Assembly (NCBI GenBank): GCA_044226625.1
Contig: JBGAGQ010000028.1
Coordinates: 6,282 to 70,281, forward strand
Length of the DNA: 64,000 bases
Source: Thermoanaerobaculia bacterium
Lineage (GTDB): Bacteria > Acidobacteriota > Thermoanaerobaculia > Multivoradales > UBA5704
Reading direction: 5' to 3'
A program made the translations under genes and the position numbers. The notes under the pieces are model-generated. The model worked only from the letters and a program-made list of their open reading frames with translations. It had not been told where the DNA came from and searched no databases. Every line of letters starts with the position of its first letter. The first letter of the stretch is position 1. Shown here piece by piece: positions 10,061 through 19,452 of the stretch.

Positions 10061-11305
10061 ATGAGCGTCGAAGGCAACCTCGATCTCTTTCAGCTGCCCG
10101 AGATCCTGCAGCTGATCGCCCAGCAGCAGAAGACCGGCATTCTCACGGTCCAAGGGACCGAGGACATCGTCGCGATCTCCTTCCTGCACGGGAAGATCGT
10201 CGTCGCGGACTCCCTGAACCAGGCGGTCGAGGAGGGGTTGAAGCAGGTCTTGGTCGATACCGGGGTGCTCTCGGCCGCGGACTTCGCGCGGGCCGCGAGC
10301 GAGCAGGCGACGACCGGCCAGAGGCTGATCGACTTCCTGGTCGAGCGGCGGTTCGTTTCGCGCGCCCGGCTGCTCGAGGCGTTGCGGGTCCATACCCGGC
10401 AGCTGCTCGAGACGCTCCTCGACTGGCGGGAGGGCGATTTCAAGTTCTATTCGGGCGACGAGGTCTCCTACGAGGAAGGCTTCGTGCCGATCCGGGTCGA
10501 CGAGCTGCTCCTGCATGCGGTGAGCGCGAAGGCCGCCCCTCCGGCGCCGCCCCGCCGAGCCCCGGCGCCCTCGCCGGCGCCGCCCCCCGGCCCGCCGTCT
10601 GGGCCGCCCTCGATGTCCATGGATGCCCCCTCCCTCGCGCCGATGGTCCCGCCGGACGGCGCGAGGCCGGGAGGCTCCGGGGCGGTGTTGGGATTCCCGC
10701 CCGCGGCGCGGGCCGCCGAGGCCCGGTCCAGCGAGATGCTGCCGGCGATCGTCGTTCCGTTCCCCGGGACGGAGCCCGCCCATGGACCCGCCGGCCCGCT
10801 CGGGAAGGTGGGAGGCGTGGGGATCCGGCAAATGACGCTCGATCCCACCCCGGTTTCGCGGCCGGCTCGGCATTTGGGGCGGATCCTCGCCGTGCTCGCG
10901 ACGTTGGGGATCGTTGCGTTGACGTTCTTCCGCCCGGGGCAGGTGGTTTTGCCGTTTTCCTGGCAGTCCGCCTCGCTCCAAGGCCTCGACGAGACCCAGC
11001 GGTCGGCCCAGTTCCTGAAAATCGATCGGGCGGCCCAGACCTTCTATCTGCTCGAGGGTCGCTTCCCCGAGCATCTCCGGGAGCTGCGCGATCGCGGCCT
11101 GCTGGGCTCGCAGGACCTGGTCGACGTCGATGGGAGACCTCTCCGCTTCATCGCCCACGAGAAGACCTACCAGCTGCATGCCGAAGGTCGGAGCGAGGGG
11201 GAAGAAGAGGTCCAGCGGAGCATCTCGGGCAATTTCCTCCTCGATCCCGAATTCCTCGCCGTTCGCCCCGGTAGCCGGGTCGCCCCTCTCGTCCTCCTCG
11301 ACTGA
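10061..11305 (+). CDS. DUF4388 (PatA-N-like) domain protein with a Pro-rich linker
   Basis: N-terminus GNLDLFQLPEILQLIAQQQKTGILTV is the DUF4388 signature. A PAPPPGPPSGPP low-complexity linker follows. Confidence 0.7.
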   Translation: MSVEGNLDLFQLPEILQLIAQQQKTGILTVQGTEDIVAISFLHGKIVVADSLNQAVEEGLKQVLVDTGVLSAADFARAASEQATTGQRLIDFLVERRFVSRARLLEALRVHTRQLLETLLDWREGDFKFYSGDEVSYEEGFVPIRVDELLLHAVSAKAAPPAPPRRAPAPSPAPPPGPPSGPPSMSMDAPSLAPMVPPDGARPGGSGAVLGFPPAARAAEARSSEMLPAIVVPFPGTEPAHGPAGPLGKVGGVGIRQMTLDPTPVSRPARHLGRILAVLATLGIVALTFFRPGQVVLPFSWQSASLQGLDETQRSAQFLKIDRAAQTFYLLEGRFPEHLRELRDRGLLGSQDLVDVDGRPLRFIAHEKTYQLHAEGRSEGEEEVQRSISGNFLLDPEFLAVRPGSRVAPLVLLD

Positions 11306-11431
11306 CCCTTCTCGGGAGATCGCCGCGCCCGGCGGTTGGTGGACAAACGGCGCACCGGGGCCAGAGGAGGTTCGGACAGCTCCGGCGGCCGAGATATGAG
11401 TGTTTCGATGTAGATCTCTGATTTTCGGGAA

Positions 11432-11460
11432 TTGACTCGGGTTCGCTTAGGTTTTAACCT
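11432..11460 (+). promoter_or_regulatory. putative sigma70-type promoter of the dnaK operon
   Basis: TTGACT (11432-11437), 17-nt spacer, TAACCT (11455-11460), about 70 nt upstream of the dnaK ATG. Pattern match only. Confidence 0.3.
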
Positions 11461-11531
11461 CCGTACGCGATGCGGCGAGCGACGAACGCAGGTTTCGCCC
11501 CGCGACCATCCCGCGAACCCAGGAGGAGAGC

Positions 11532-13427
<1,896 letters not shown>

Positions 13428-13482
13428 GCTTGGCGGGTTCTCGGTCGACAGGAACAAGCGAGAAACGGGCAAAGGAGAGCCG

Positions 13483-13926
13483 ATGTCTCCGCGCAAGAAT
13501 TATCTCGACGAGCTGGCTCGCATCCAACAGCGGATCAACGCGCTGTTCGAGCAGGCTCTCCTGTCGACCGAGCTGGACGATCGGGAGATCTCTCCTCCGG
13601 GTTTTTGGACCCCGGCGGTCGACGTGCTGGAGACCGAGGACGGTTACTCGATCCATGCCGAGCTGCCGGGGGTCCGCCGGGAGGACATCGACCTGCAGGC
13701 CGAGGATCGGCGGTTGGAGATCTCCGGCCGCCGCCAGCCCGCCGAGGGCCACCGGAGCTTCCTTCGCATGGAGCGGAGCTACGGCAGGTTTCGCCGCGTT
13801 TTCGAGCTGGGGTTCGCGATCGACGTCGAAGGGATCTCCGCGCAGTTCCAGCAGGGAGTCCTTCGAGTCTCGGTGCCCAAGCGACGTATGGAAAGCGTGA
13901 AGATCACCCCCCGCCAGGAGGCTTGA
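13483..13926 (+). CDS. Hsp20/alpha-crystallin family small heat-shock protein
   Basis: PAVDVLETEDGYSIHAELPGVRREDIDL and GVLRVSVPK alpha-crystallin blocks, 147 aa. Confidence 0.9.
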   Translation: MSPRKNYLDELARIQQRINALFEQALLSTELDDREISPPGFWTPAVDVLETEDGYSIHAELPGVRREDIDLQAEDRRLEISGRRQPAEGHRSFLRMERSYGRFRRVFELGFAIDVEGISAQFQQGVLRVSVPKRRMESVKITPRQEA

Positions 13927-13927
13927 G

Positions 13928-14311
13928 GTGGCGCGTCGAAGGAAAGCGGACGACAGCTCGTTCGTGATGATCAGCGTGGTCTCGGAGCGATTCGGAATCC
14001 ATCCGCAGACCTTGCGTCTCTACGAGCGGGAGGGGCTGATCAAACCGGTACGGAGCGCGGGCAACACCCGCCTCTACGACGAGGTGGCGATCCGCCGGCT
14101 GAAGATGATTCTCGCGCTCACCCGCGACATGGGCGTAAACCTCGCGGGGGTCGAGGTCATCCTCAACCTCCAAGAACGCCTCGACCAGGTTCAAGGCGAG
14201 CTCGACAAAGTCCTCGACTTCGTCCGCCAAGAGATGTCCGACCGCCGCGCCGGTGTCGACCGCCAACACGCCCTGGTAAAGATCGAGCGGGGGGCGTTGG
14301 TCAAGCGGTAG
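13928..14311 (+). CDS. hspR: MerR-family heat-shock transcriptional regulator (HspR-like)
   Basis: MerR HTH ISVVSERFGIHPQTLRLYEREGLIKPVRSAGNTRLY. Last gene of a dnaK operon, as for HspR. GTG start 1 nt after the hsp20 stop. Confidence 0.8.
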   Translation: MARRRKADDSSFVMISVVSERFGIHPQTLRLYEREGLIKPVRSAGNTRLYDEVAIRRLKMILALTRDMGVNLAGVEVILNLQERLDQVQGELDKVLDFVRQEMSDRRAGVDRQHALVKIERGALVKR

Positions 14312-14443
14312 ACAATCGGCCTATTGGCATATCGAATTTTTATAAAAACGATGCGGCCGTGGGGCGAATCCTGTAGATTTCTCGCGTCTAAGAGGGGAAA
14401 TTGAGAAAGGCGGTAGCTTAGGTCTTTCTCGACAGGAGAGAGA

Positions 14444-15421
14444 ATGGTCGAGGAGATTCTCTGGAGAATCCTAGTCTGGGGCAGATTGTACTTGCGGTGG
14501 GCGTTCGGATTAATTTTCAACACATGGATGATGTTTGGTTTATTTGCAACAGGGCTCCTTGCTTCGAACAGGGATGGCGCTTCTGGCTGTCTTGCTCCGC
14601 TAGTTCTGGCGTTATTGCTAGTTGGTTCAGATGTGGCCGCAGCGTTCTCTATCGAGCAGGATAGGAAGCGTGAGGCTGCCGAAAAAGATAACTTCACGGG
14701 CGGTAGATTGTTCTTTCGATACGGAGATGAGATTCACAGAGCGATATTCTCGATAAAGGTTGGAGATTCATGGTCAAAACAGCAAGTAGATTTGTTTGCG
14801 GTGAAGCTGCGGGATGAAATGGCTAGTCGTTTGGCGGCCAGGCTTTCCTGTGATCGCTGTGGAGTGAGCGCAGTCGCAATCCGAAACTCGTTAACAGGCA
14901 GTGAAAAGATCTTCCTCCGGATATTGGCTACCACTCCCCGGGGGAGTCTCGTTGCCCATTTCGCGCATTATGCACCCTTCCAAAATACGATCACGGCTCA
15001 TTATTTTACCTTTGCGCGTGGCACGGTAGGAATTCCGGAGACCATCCTCTGGGTTTTGGAGGCGCCCTACCGCATTTGGTTCTGGGGGATACCCTGGTTG
15101 TTGAACCGGTATAGCGTCCTGTCCGAGGTAAGTGATTTCAGGAATGATTCGTACGACCTCATAGACCTCCAGACGATGTACATGATGATCAGCGACAGCC
15201 TGTTGCGAGTTACGGCGGATGTGCTGCGAGACGAAGGGCTTCTCACGGAGGAGTTGCAGACCATAATTGTGAATCAACTCTTCTCGGCGCAGCAGGTGAA
15301 CATCGGTGGCCCGCGTTCTCAGTTCCTGAATGTTTCTGTGAGTGGGGACTCTTCGGTTGGGAATGTGTCCCAAGAGGCCAATGTGAACGAAGTTGGACCG
15401 TCTGGCAAAGACGTCGCGTAG
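14444..15421 (+). CDS. hypothetical multi-TM protein with a G/N/S/V/Q-rich C-terminal tail (island gene 1)
   Basis: 325 aa; AGGAGAG RBS at 14434-14440. Hydrophobic helices at about res 19-40, 49-70 and 201-220. No recognisable family motif. The tail (res 283-325) carries QFLNVSVSGDSSVGNVSQ. GC about 48-50%, against about 68% in the flanks. Confidence 0.7.
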   Translation: MVEEILWRILVWGRLYLRWAFGLIFNTWMMFGLFATGLLASNRDGASGCLAPLVLALLLVGSDVAAAFSIEQDRKREAAEKDNFTGGRLFFRYGDEIHRAIFSIKVGDSWSKQQVDLFAVKLRDEMASRLAARLSCDRCGVSAVAIRNSLTGSEKIFLRILATTPRGSLVAHFAHYAPFQNTITAHYFTFARGTVGIPETILWVLEAPYRIWFWGIPWLLNRYSVLSEVSDFRNDSYDLIDLQTMYMMISDSLLRVTADVLRDEGLLTEELQTIIVNQLFSAQQVNIGGPRSQFLNVSVSGDSSVGNVSQEANVNEVGPSGKDVA

Positions 15422-15509
15422 GGCGGCGGTTCAAAGGCCCGTGCGAGGCGTAGTTGAACTCGAGCCACGGTTGGTTATTATTTCACCGTCGTGTTGAAGT
15501 AGGGGTGCT

Positions 15510-16238
15510 ATGGCCGAGATAGAAGCCAGCCAGCGACTCAACATTCACGTCGAAGGCGGGTCAACCGTTGGGAATGTCTCACAGGTCTACGGAGCTCGCC
15601 GTAGCGAGCCGGGCCGTCGGGCAGACGACAGGTCGGTTCTGCTATTGATTGCGTCCGATCCGTACTCTCGCGACCGTCTCCGGCTGGATCTAGAAGTGAG
15701 GGCCGTTGAAGACGTGCTTCGATCATCCGGTCGTGAAGATAGCCTGGTCCTTGAACAGCTCTGGGCGCCGACTTTTTTCGATGTGCAAGAGGCCCTCCTT
15801 CGGTACCGGCCCACGTTCCTTCATTTCAGTGGCCATGGGACACCCCTCGGACAGCTGGAGTTCGAGAAGAGCCCGCGGCTGCCGAACGAGGGTAGACGCC
15901 CGAGCCAAAGCGATCAGCGAACGATTGATTCCTTTGCAGATCTCTTGAGAGGCATAGAAGGTGTGAGAATTCGTTGCTTGGTTTTGAACGCCTGCTTCTC
16001 CGAAACCCTGACGACAGAAGTTGCGGGGTGTGTGGACTGTGTGATCGGGCTCGCCGCAGAAGTCCACGACTCTGCAGCGGTCCAATTTGCTCGAGGTTTC
16101 TACGGAGGATTGGCGTGGGGGCAGAGCGTTCAGGCTGCGTTTGACCTGGGCGTCGCACAAGTGAGCTCGAAGAACGACGCGAGTCTCTATCGACTCATGG
16201 CTCCCACTTCCGATCCCCGATCCGTGAAGATGCTGTAA
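15510..16238 (+). CDS. stand-alone CHAT/caspase-fold cysteine protease-like protein (island gene 2)
   Basis: 242 aa. VLLLIASDP...RPTFLHFSGHG (His109) and IRCLVLNACFSE (Cys162) match the His-Cys dyad spacing of CHAT/caspase-like peptidases. AVQFARGFYGGLAWGQSVQAAF resembles the CHAT C-terminal helix. The N-terminal residues 8-25 repeat the tail motif of gene 1. Confidence 0.7.
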   Translation: MAEIEASQRLNIHVEGGSTVGNVSQVYGARRSEPGRRADDRSVLLLIASDPYSRDRLRLDLEVRAVEDVLRSSGREDSLVLEQLWAPTFFDVQEALLRYRPTFLHFSGHGTPLGQLEFEKSPRLPNEGRRPSQSDQRTIDSFADLLRGIEGVRIRCLVLNACFSETLTTEVAGCVDCVIGLAAEVHDSAAVQFARGFYGGLAWGQSVQAAFDLGVAQVSSKNDASLYRLMAPTSDPRSVKML

Positions 16239-16344
16239 TAGCTGTGAGGATGAAGCCTTGCCAAAGGTAACCAGCGAGCCTAACGCAACAACGCCGAAGT
16301 ACTGCTTTCTTCCGTGAGGTTGAGTCTGGAGGCATCTCTCGAGC

Positions 16345-17637
16345 CTAGCCTGCCGGTATCGGCTCGGCGAGCAGGCTTTCGATGAGCCCTTCGAATTCCT
16401 TCTTGAGATCCGTGAAGTGGGCGCCGGTCCCCGGGCCGTCGAAGCCGGAATGGATCTTTCGCACTTTGCGGTCGCGGCCGAGGAAGATGGTGGTGGGGAA
16501 GGAGGCCACTCGAGTGAGGTCGGGCAGGGCAGCGCCGGCTTCTTTCTTGTCGTTGGTTCCGGCGAGTAACAGCGGATACGAAATGCCGTAGCGTTCGCCG
16601 AAGCGGCGGACGAATTCGCGATCGCGATCAGAGTCTCCGGTCACCTCGAAAGCGAGACCGACGATCTCGAGGCCCCGGTCGCGGTAGCGCTTGTGAAGCT
16701 CGGCGAGATAGGGCCCTTCGTCGTTGCAGTTGGGGCACCAGGAGCCGAACAGGTTGACCAGCACGACCTTGCCGGCGAAGCGCGGATCGTCGAGACCGAC
16801 CGGTCGGCCCGAAAGATCGGGGAAACGGAAGCGGAAGGTTCCGTCGGGATTCGTGAGGCCGACCTCCTTCCAGGCGTCGGGGAGGACCGGTTCTCCGGCG
16901 GCGGCGCGCCGCGCGGTCCAGGTCGCGTGGTAGCTGTCTCTCGACCAGAAGTCTCCCGAGAGCGTTCCGCCCGGCTCCGCCTTCGCCTGGTACAGGAAGG
17001 CGTGGGCGCCGTCGAACGCGGAAAGGCGGAGAACTCCGTTCTCGTAGCTCCCTTCGAGGAAACGGTGATCGCCGGTCGGCGTGCGGAATGTCCCCGAGAC
17101 GCGCGAACCCTCTTGGCGTAGCTCGGCCTCGGCCGGGGAGGCTCCCTCCTCGTCCACGAACGTCACCGCCCAGGGACCCCCGATTTGGGACACCGCATTG
17201 CGGGCGTCCGCTCCGACGGAAGGGAGTTGGGCCGCGTCGGCGGGCTGGAATCGGGGAGCGGAGGCTCCTTCCGGCTCTCGCTGGGCGAGGAACGGCATCG
17301 AGACGTAGCCGGCCTTGGCCCGCTTCTCCCATTGGCCTGAAAGCCGATCCCCTTTGATTTTCGCGACGATGCGCGAGTCGTAGCCGTCGAAGCGGAGGGT
17401 GAGATCCTCGCCCCGGGTCTCCACGGCGGAAACCGGTGCGCGCTCCTCTCCGTTCTGGACCGTGGCGCGAAGCCCTTGCGCGGTCGATTCGATCTGCAAG
17501 CCGAACGGCAACTCGCCGCCGGGCGAGGTGAGGACGGCCCGCCACCGGCCGACGGGTTTCGGCGCCTTTCCACAGGCGAAGGAAAGGAATGTCAGGGACG
17601 CGAGGACGAGCGCGACGGTCGGTCGAAGGAAGCGCAT
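16345..17637 (-). CDS. TlpA-like thioredoxin-fold thiol:disulfide oxidoreductase, lipoprotein with an N-terminal extra domain
   Basis: Lipobox LSFACG. Redoxin motif VVLVNLFGSWCPNCNDEGP. 430 aa. Confidence 0.85.
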   Translation of the reverse strand: MRFLRPTVALVLASLTFLSFACGKAPKPVGRWRAVLTSPGGELPFGLQIESTAQGLRATVQNGEERAPVSAVETRGEDLTLRFDGYDSRIVAKIKGDRLSGQWEKRAKAGYVSMPFLAQREPEGASAPRFQPADAAQLPSVGADARNAVSQIGGPWAVTFVDEEGASPAEAELRQEGSRVSGTFRTPTGDHRFLEGSYENGVLRLSAFDGAHAFLYQAKAEPGGTLSGDFWSRDSYHATWTARRAAAGEPVLPDAWKEVGLTNPDGTFRFRFPDLSGRPVGLDDPRFAGKVVLVNLFGSWCPNCNDEGPYLAELHKRYRDRGLEIVGLAFEVTGDSDRDREFVRRFGERYGISYPLLLAGTNDKKEAGAALPDLTRVASFPTTIFLGRDRKVRKIHSGFDGPGTGAHFTDLKKEFEGLIESLLAEPIPAG

Positions 17638-17699
17638 TGGGTCATTCTAAGCGCTCGCTCGGAACCCTCTCGCGAAAACGCGCGTGCTAGCATCCGTCG

Positions 17700-18530
17700 G
17701 TGTCCGAAACGGTGGATTTGAGAGTGTGTCCCGAGTGCGGAGGACGGGGTTGGATCGTCGTGGCCGACGGCGGCAACGGTACGGCCCGGGTCTGCGTCTG
17801 CCGGGAGCGCGAGCGGATCCCCCGGCTGTTCGAGGCCGCGCGAATCCCCGAGCGCTATCGGCGTTGCCGCCTGCAGACGTTCGACCGAAGCCACAACCAT
17901 TCGCGGGCGAAGGAACAGCTGCTGCGGGCGTATCGCGAGAGCGAGCGCTATCTCGATGAATTCCTGACCGAGAAGGGGGACTTTCGCGAGTCCGGGCTGA
18001 TCTACTTCGGTCCCCCGGGCGTAGGCAAGACCCATCTCGCGGTCGCGGTGCTCTCCGAGCTGATCGAGCGATACGGCGTCCACGGGCGGTTCGTGAATTT
18101 CAACGAGCTGGTGCAGGACATCAAATCGACGTTCGATCCGAGCTCCGAGGAGTCGACGGCCCAGGTTTTCGATCCCCTCTCCCGCGCGGAGGTCCTGGTC
18201 TTCGACGAGTTGGGCGGACAGAAACAGACGCCCTGGGTGAACGACCTCCTTTACCTCATCCTCAACCAGCGCTACGTGAAGCGCCTGCCGACGATCTTCA
18301 CCACGAATTATCTGTTGCAGCCGGAACGGGCGGCCAAGGCGCCGGCCTCCGGTCCTCGCTCGCTCGACCGCGGAGCGGACGCTCCGGCCGACGTGGAGGT
18401 CACGCGGCTCCTCTCCTCCCGCCTCCCCGCGCCGCTCGTCTCGCGCATCTTCGAGATGGCAAAGCCCATCGACCTCGCCTCGGCGACCGATTTCCGTCGC
18501 GAGGTCTTGATGCACGGCAAGCATGCTTGA
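17700..18530 (+). CDS. DnaC/DnaI/IstB-like AAA+ ATPase with an N-terminal Cys4 zinc ribbon
   Basis: CPECGGRGW...CVCRE at the N-terminus. Walker A FGPPGVGKTHLAVAV, Walker B VLVFDELG, sensor TIFTTNY. Confidence 0.8.
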   Translation: MSETVDLRVCPECGGRGWIVVADGGNGTARVCVCRERERIPRLFEAARIPERYRRCRLQTFDRSHNHSRAKEQLLRAYRESERYLDEFLTEKGDFRESGLIYFGPPGVGKTHLAVAVLSELIERYGVHGRFVNFNELVQDIKSTFDPSSEESTAQVFDPLSRAEVLVFDELGGQKQTPWVNDLLYLILNQRYVKRLPTIFTTNYLLQPERAAKAPASGPRSLDRGADAPADVEVTRLLSSRLPAPLVSRIFEMAKPIDLASATDFRREVLMHGKHA

Positions 18531-19452
18531 AGGGCGGCCTCGCCTCTCGGCGATCGACTGCGTGGAGCACGGCACGGCGAGCCTGCGCGCGAGCTGGCCG
18601 GTGTTGGCGGGAGCCCGAGTGCTGCGCAACCTCGTCCTCCTCCTGCTCATGGCGCTCAGCTTGGTTCCGCCGCTCGCGGTCATCGGGTTCGACGTCTGGG
18701 GCGATCTTCCGCACGATGCGAACGACGCGCTCGACTGGTTGGCCACCTTCGTCGGTCGGCTTGCACCGACGCCTGCCCTCCTCGGCGCGTTCGGCGTGAT
18801 GTTGGGAGTCTGGTTGCTCGCCGGCTACCTCTACTGCTACTTCCAGGCCGGTTTATTCGGGGTTCTCGACGCGGCGGAGCAGAACCGGGGCGTGAGGTTC
18901 CGTTGGGCCGACTTCGATCGGTTCGGGAGGCGCCGGCTGAATCCCATGTTCGCGCTCGCGAACCTCTACGGCGCAATCATTGGAGGGCTCATGGTGCTCG
19001 GCCTCCTGATCGCCCTGGCCGGCGTGGGGGCCGCCCGAACGGGAGGAGCTCCGGGGGTGCTCGCGGGGCTCGGCATCGGTTGCGCCGGCTTGGCGCCGAT
19101 CTTCGTGCTGCTCGTGGGGAGCGGCCTCTGGTTCGACCTCGCCTGTGCGCAGCTCGTGCGGGAGGGTTCGAACGTGCGCGGCGCGGCGCGAGACGCTTGG
19201 TGGATCCTGCGTAGGCGGGTGGGAACGGTGGGGCTTCTGCTGGTATTGTTCATGGCGGCATCGATGGTGATCCAGGTCGCGCTCTCTCCGTTTTCCGCCA
19301 TGGCTTCGTTCACCTCGAACGGGGAAACCTTGCGGTTGATCGCGGGCCAGCTGGTCTCGAATCTCTTGGGTCTCGTGCCGAGCGCCTTCATCGAATCGGT
19401 ATTTGCCGGGTCGCTCGTCGCCCTGGTGGCCTCGGAGGCGTTTCGCGCGTGA
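18523..19452 (+). CDS. hypothetical integral membrane protein
   Basis: 309 aa with about 6 hydrophobic helices and GC3-rich codons. Overlaps the upstream stop by 8 nt and the downstream start by 4 nt (operon-like). Confidence 0.55.
   Translation: MLEGRPRLSAIDCVEHGTASLRASWPVLAGARVLRNLVLLLLMALSLVPPLAVIGFDVWGDLPHDANDALDWLATFVGRLAPTPALLGAFGVMLGVWLLAGYLYCYFQAGLFGVLDAAEQNRGVRFRWADFDRFGRRRLNPMFALANLYGAIIGGLMVLGLLIALAGVGAARTGGAPGVLAGLGIGCAGLAPIFVLLVGSGLWFDLACAQLVREGSNVRGAARDAWWILRRRVGTVGLLLVLFMAASMVIQVALSPFSAMASFTSNGETLRLIAGQLVSNLLGLVPSAFIESVFAGSLVALVASEAFRA

Noticed and set aside
11306-11531. HAIR (CTTGAGT-N7-ACTCAAG) or CIRCE operator upstream of dnaK
   Set aside because: Only weak fragments are present (TGAGTG, TTGACTC), with no matching inverted partner at the right spacing.
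14325-14360. Sigma70 or sigma54 promoter for the island (TTGGCA ... TATAAA; TGGCAT...)
   Set aside because: The TTGGCA to TATAAA spacing is only 11 nt, where about 17 is needed. The GG/GC elements are not at the sigma54 spacing. The region is AT-rich and probably promoter-bearing, but I cannot define the elements.
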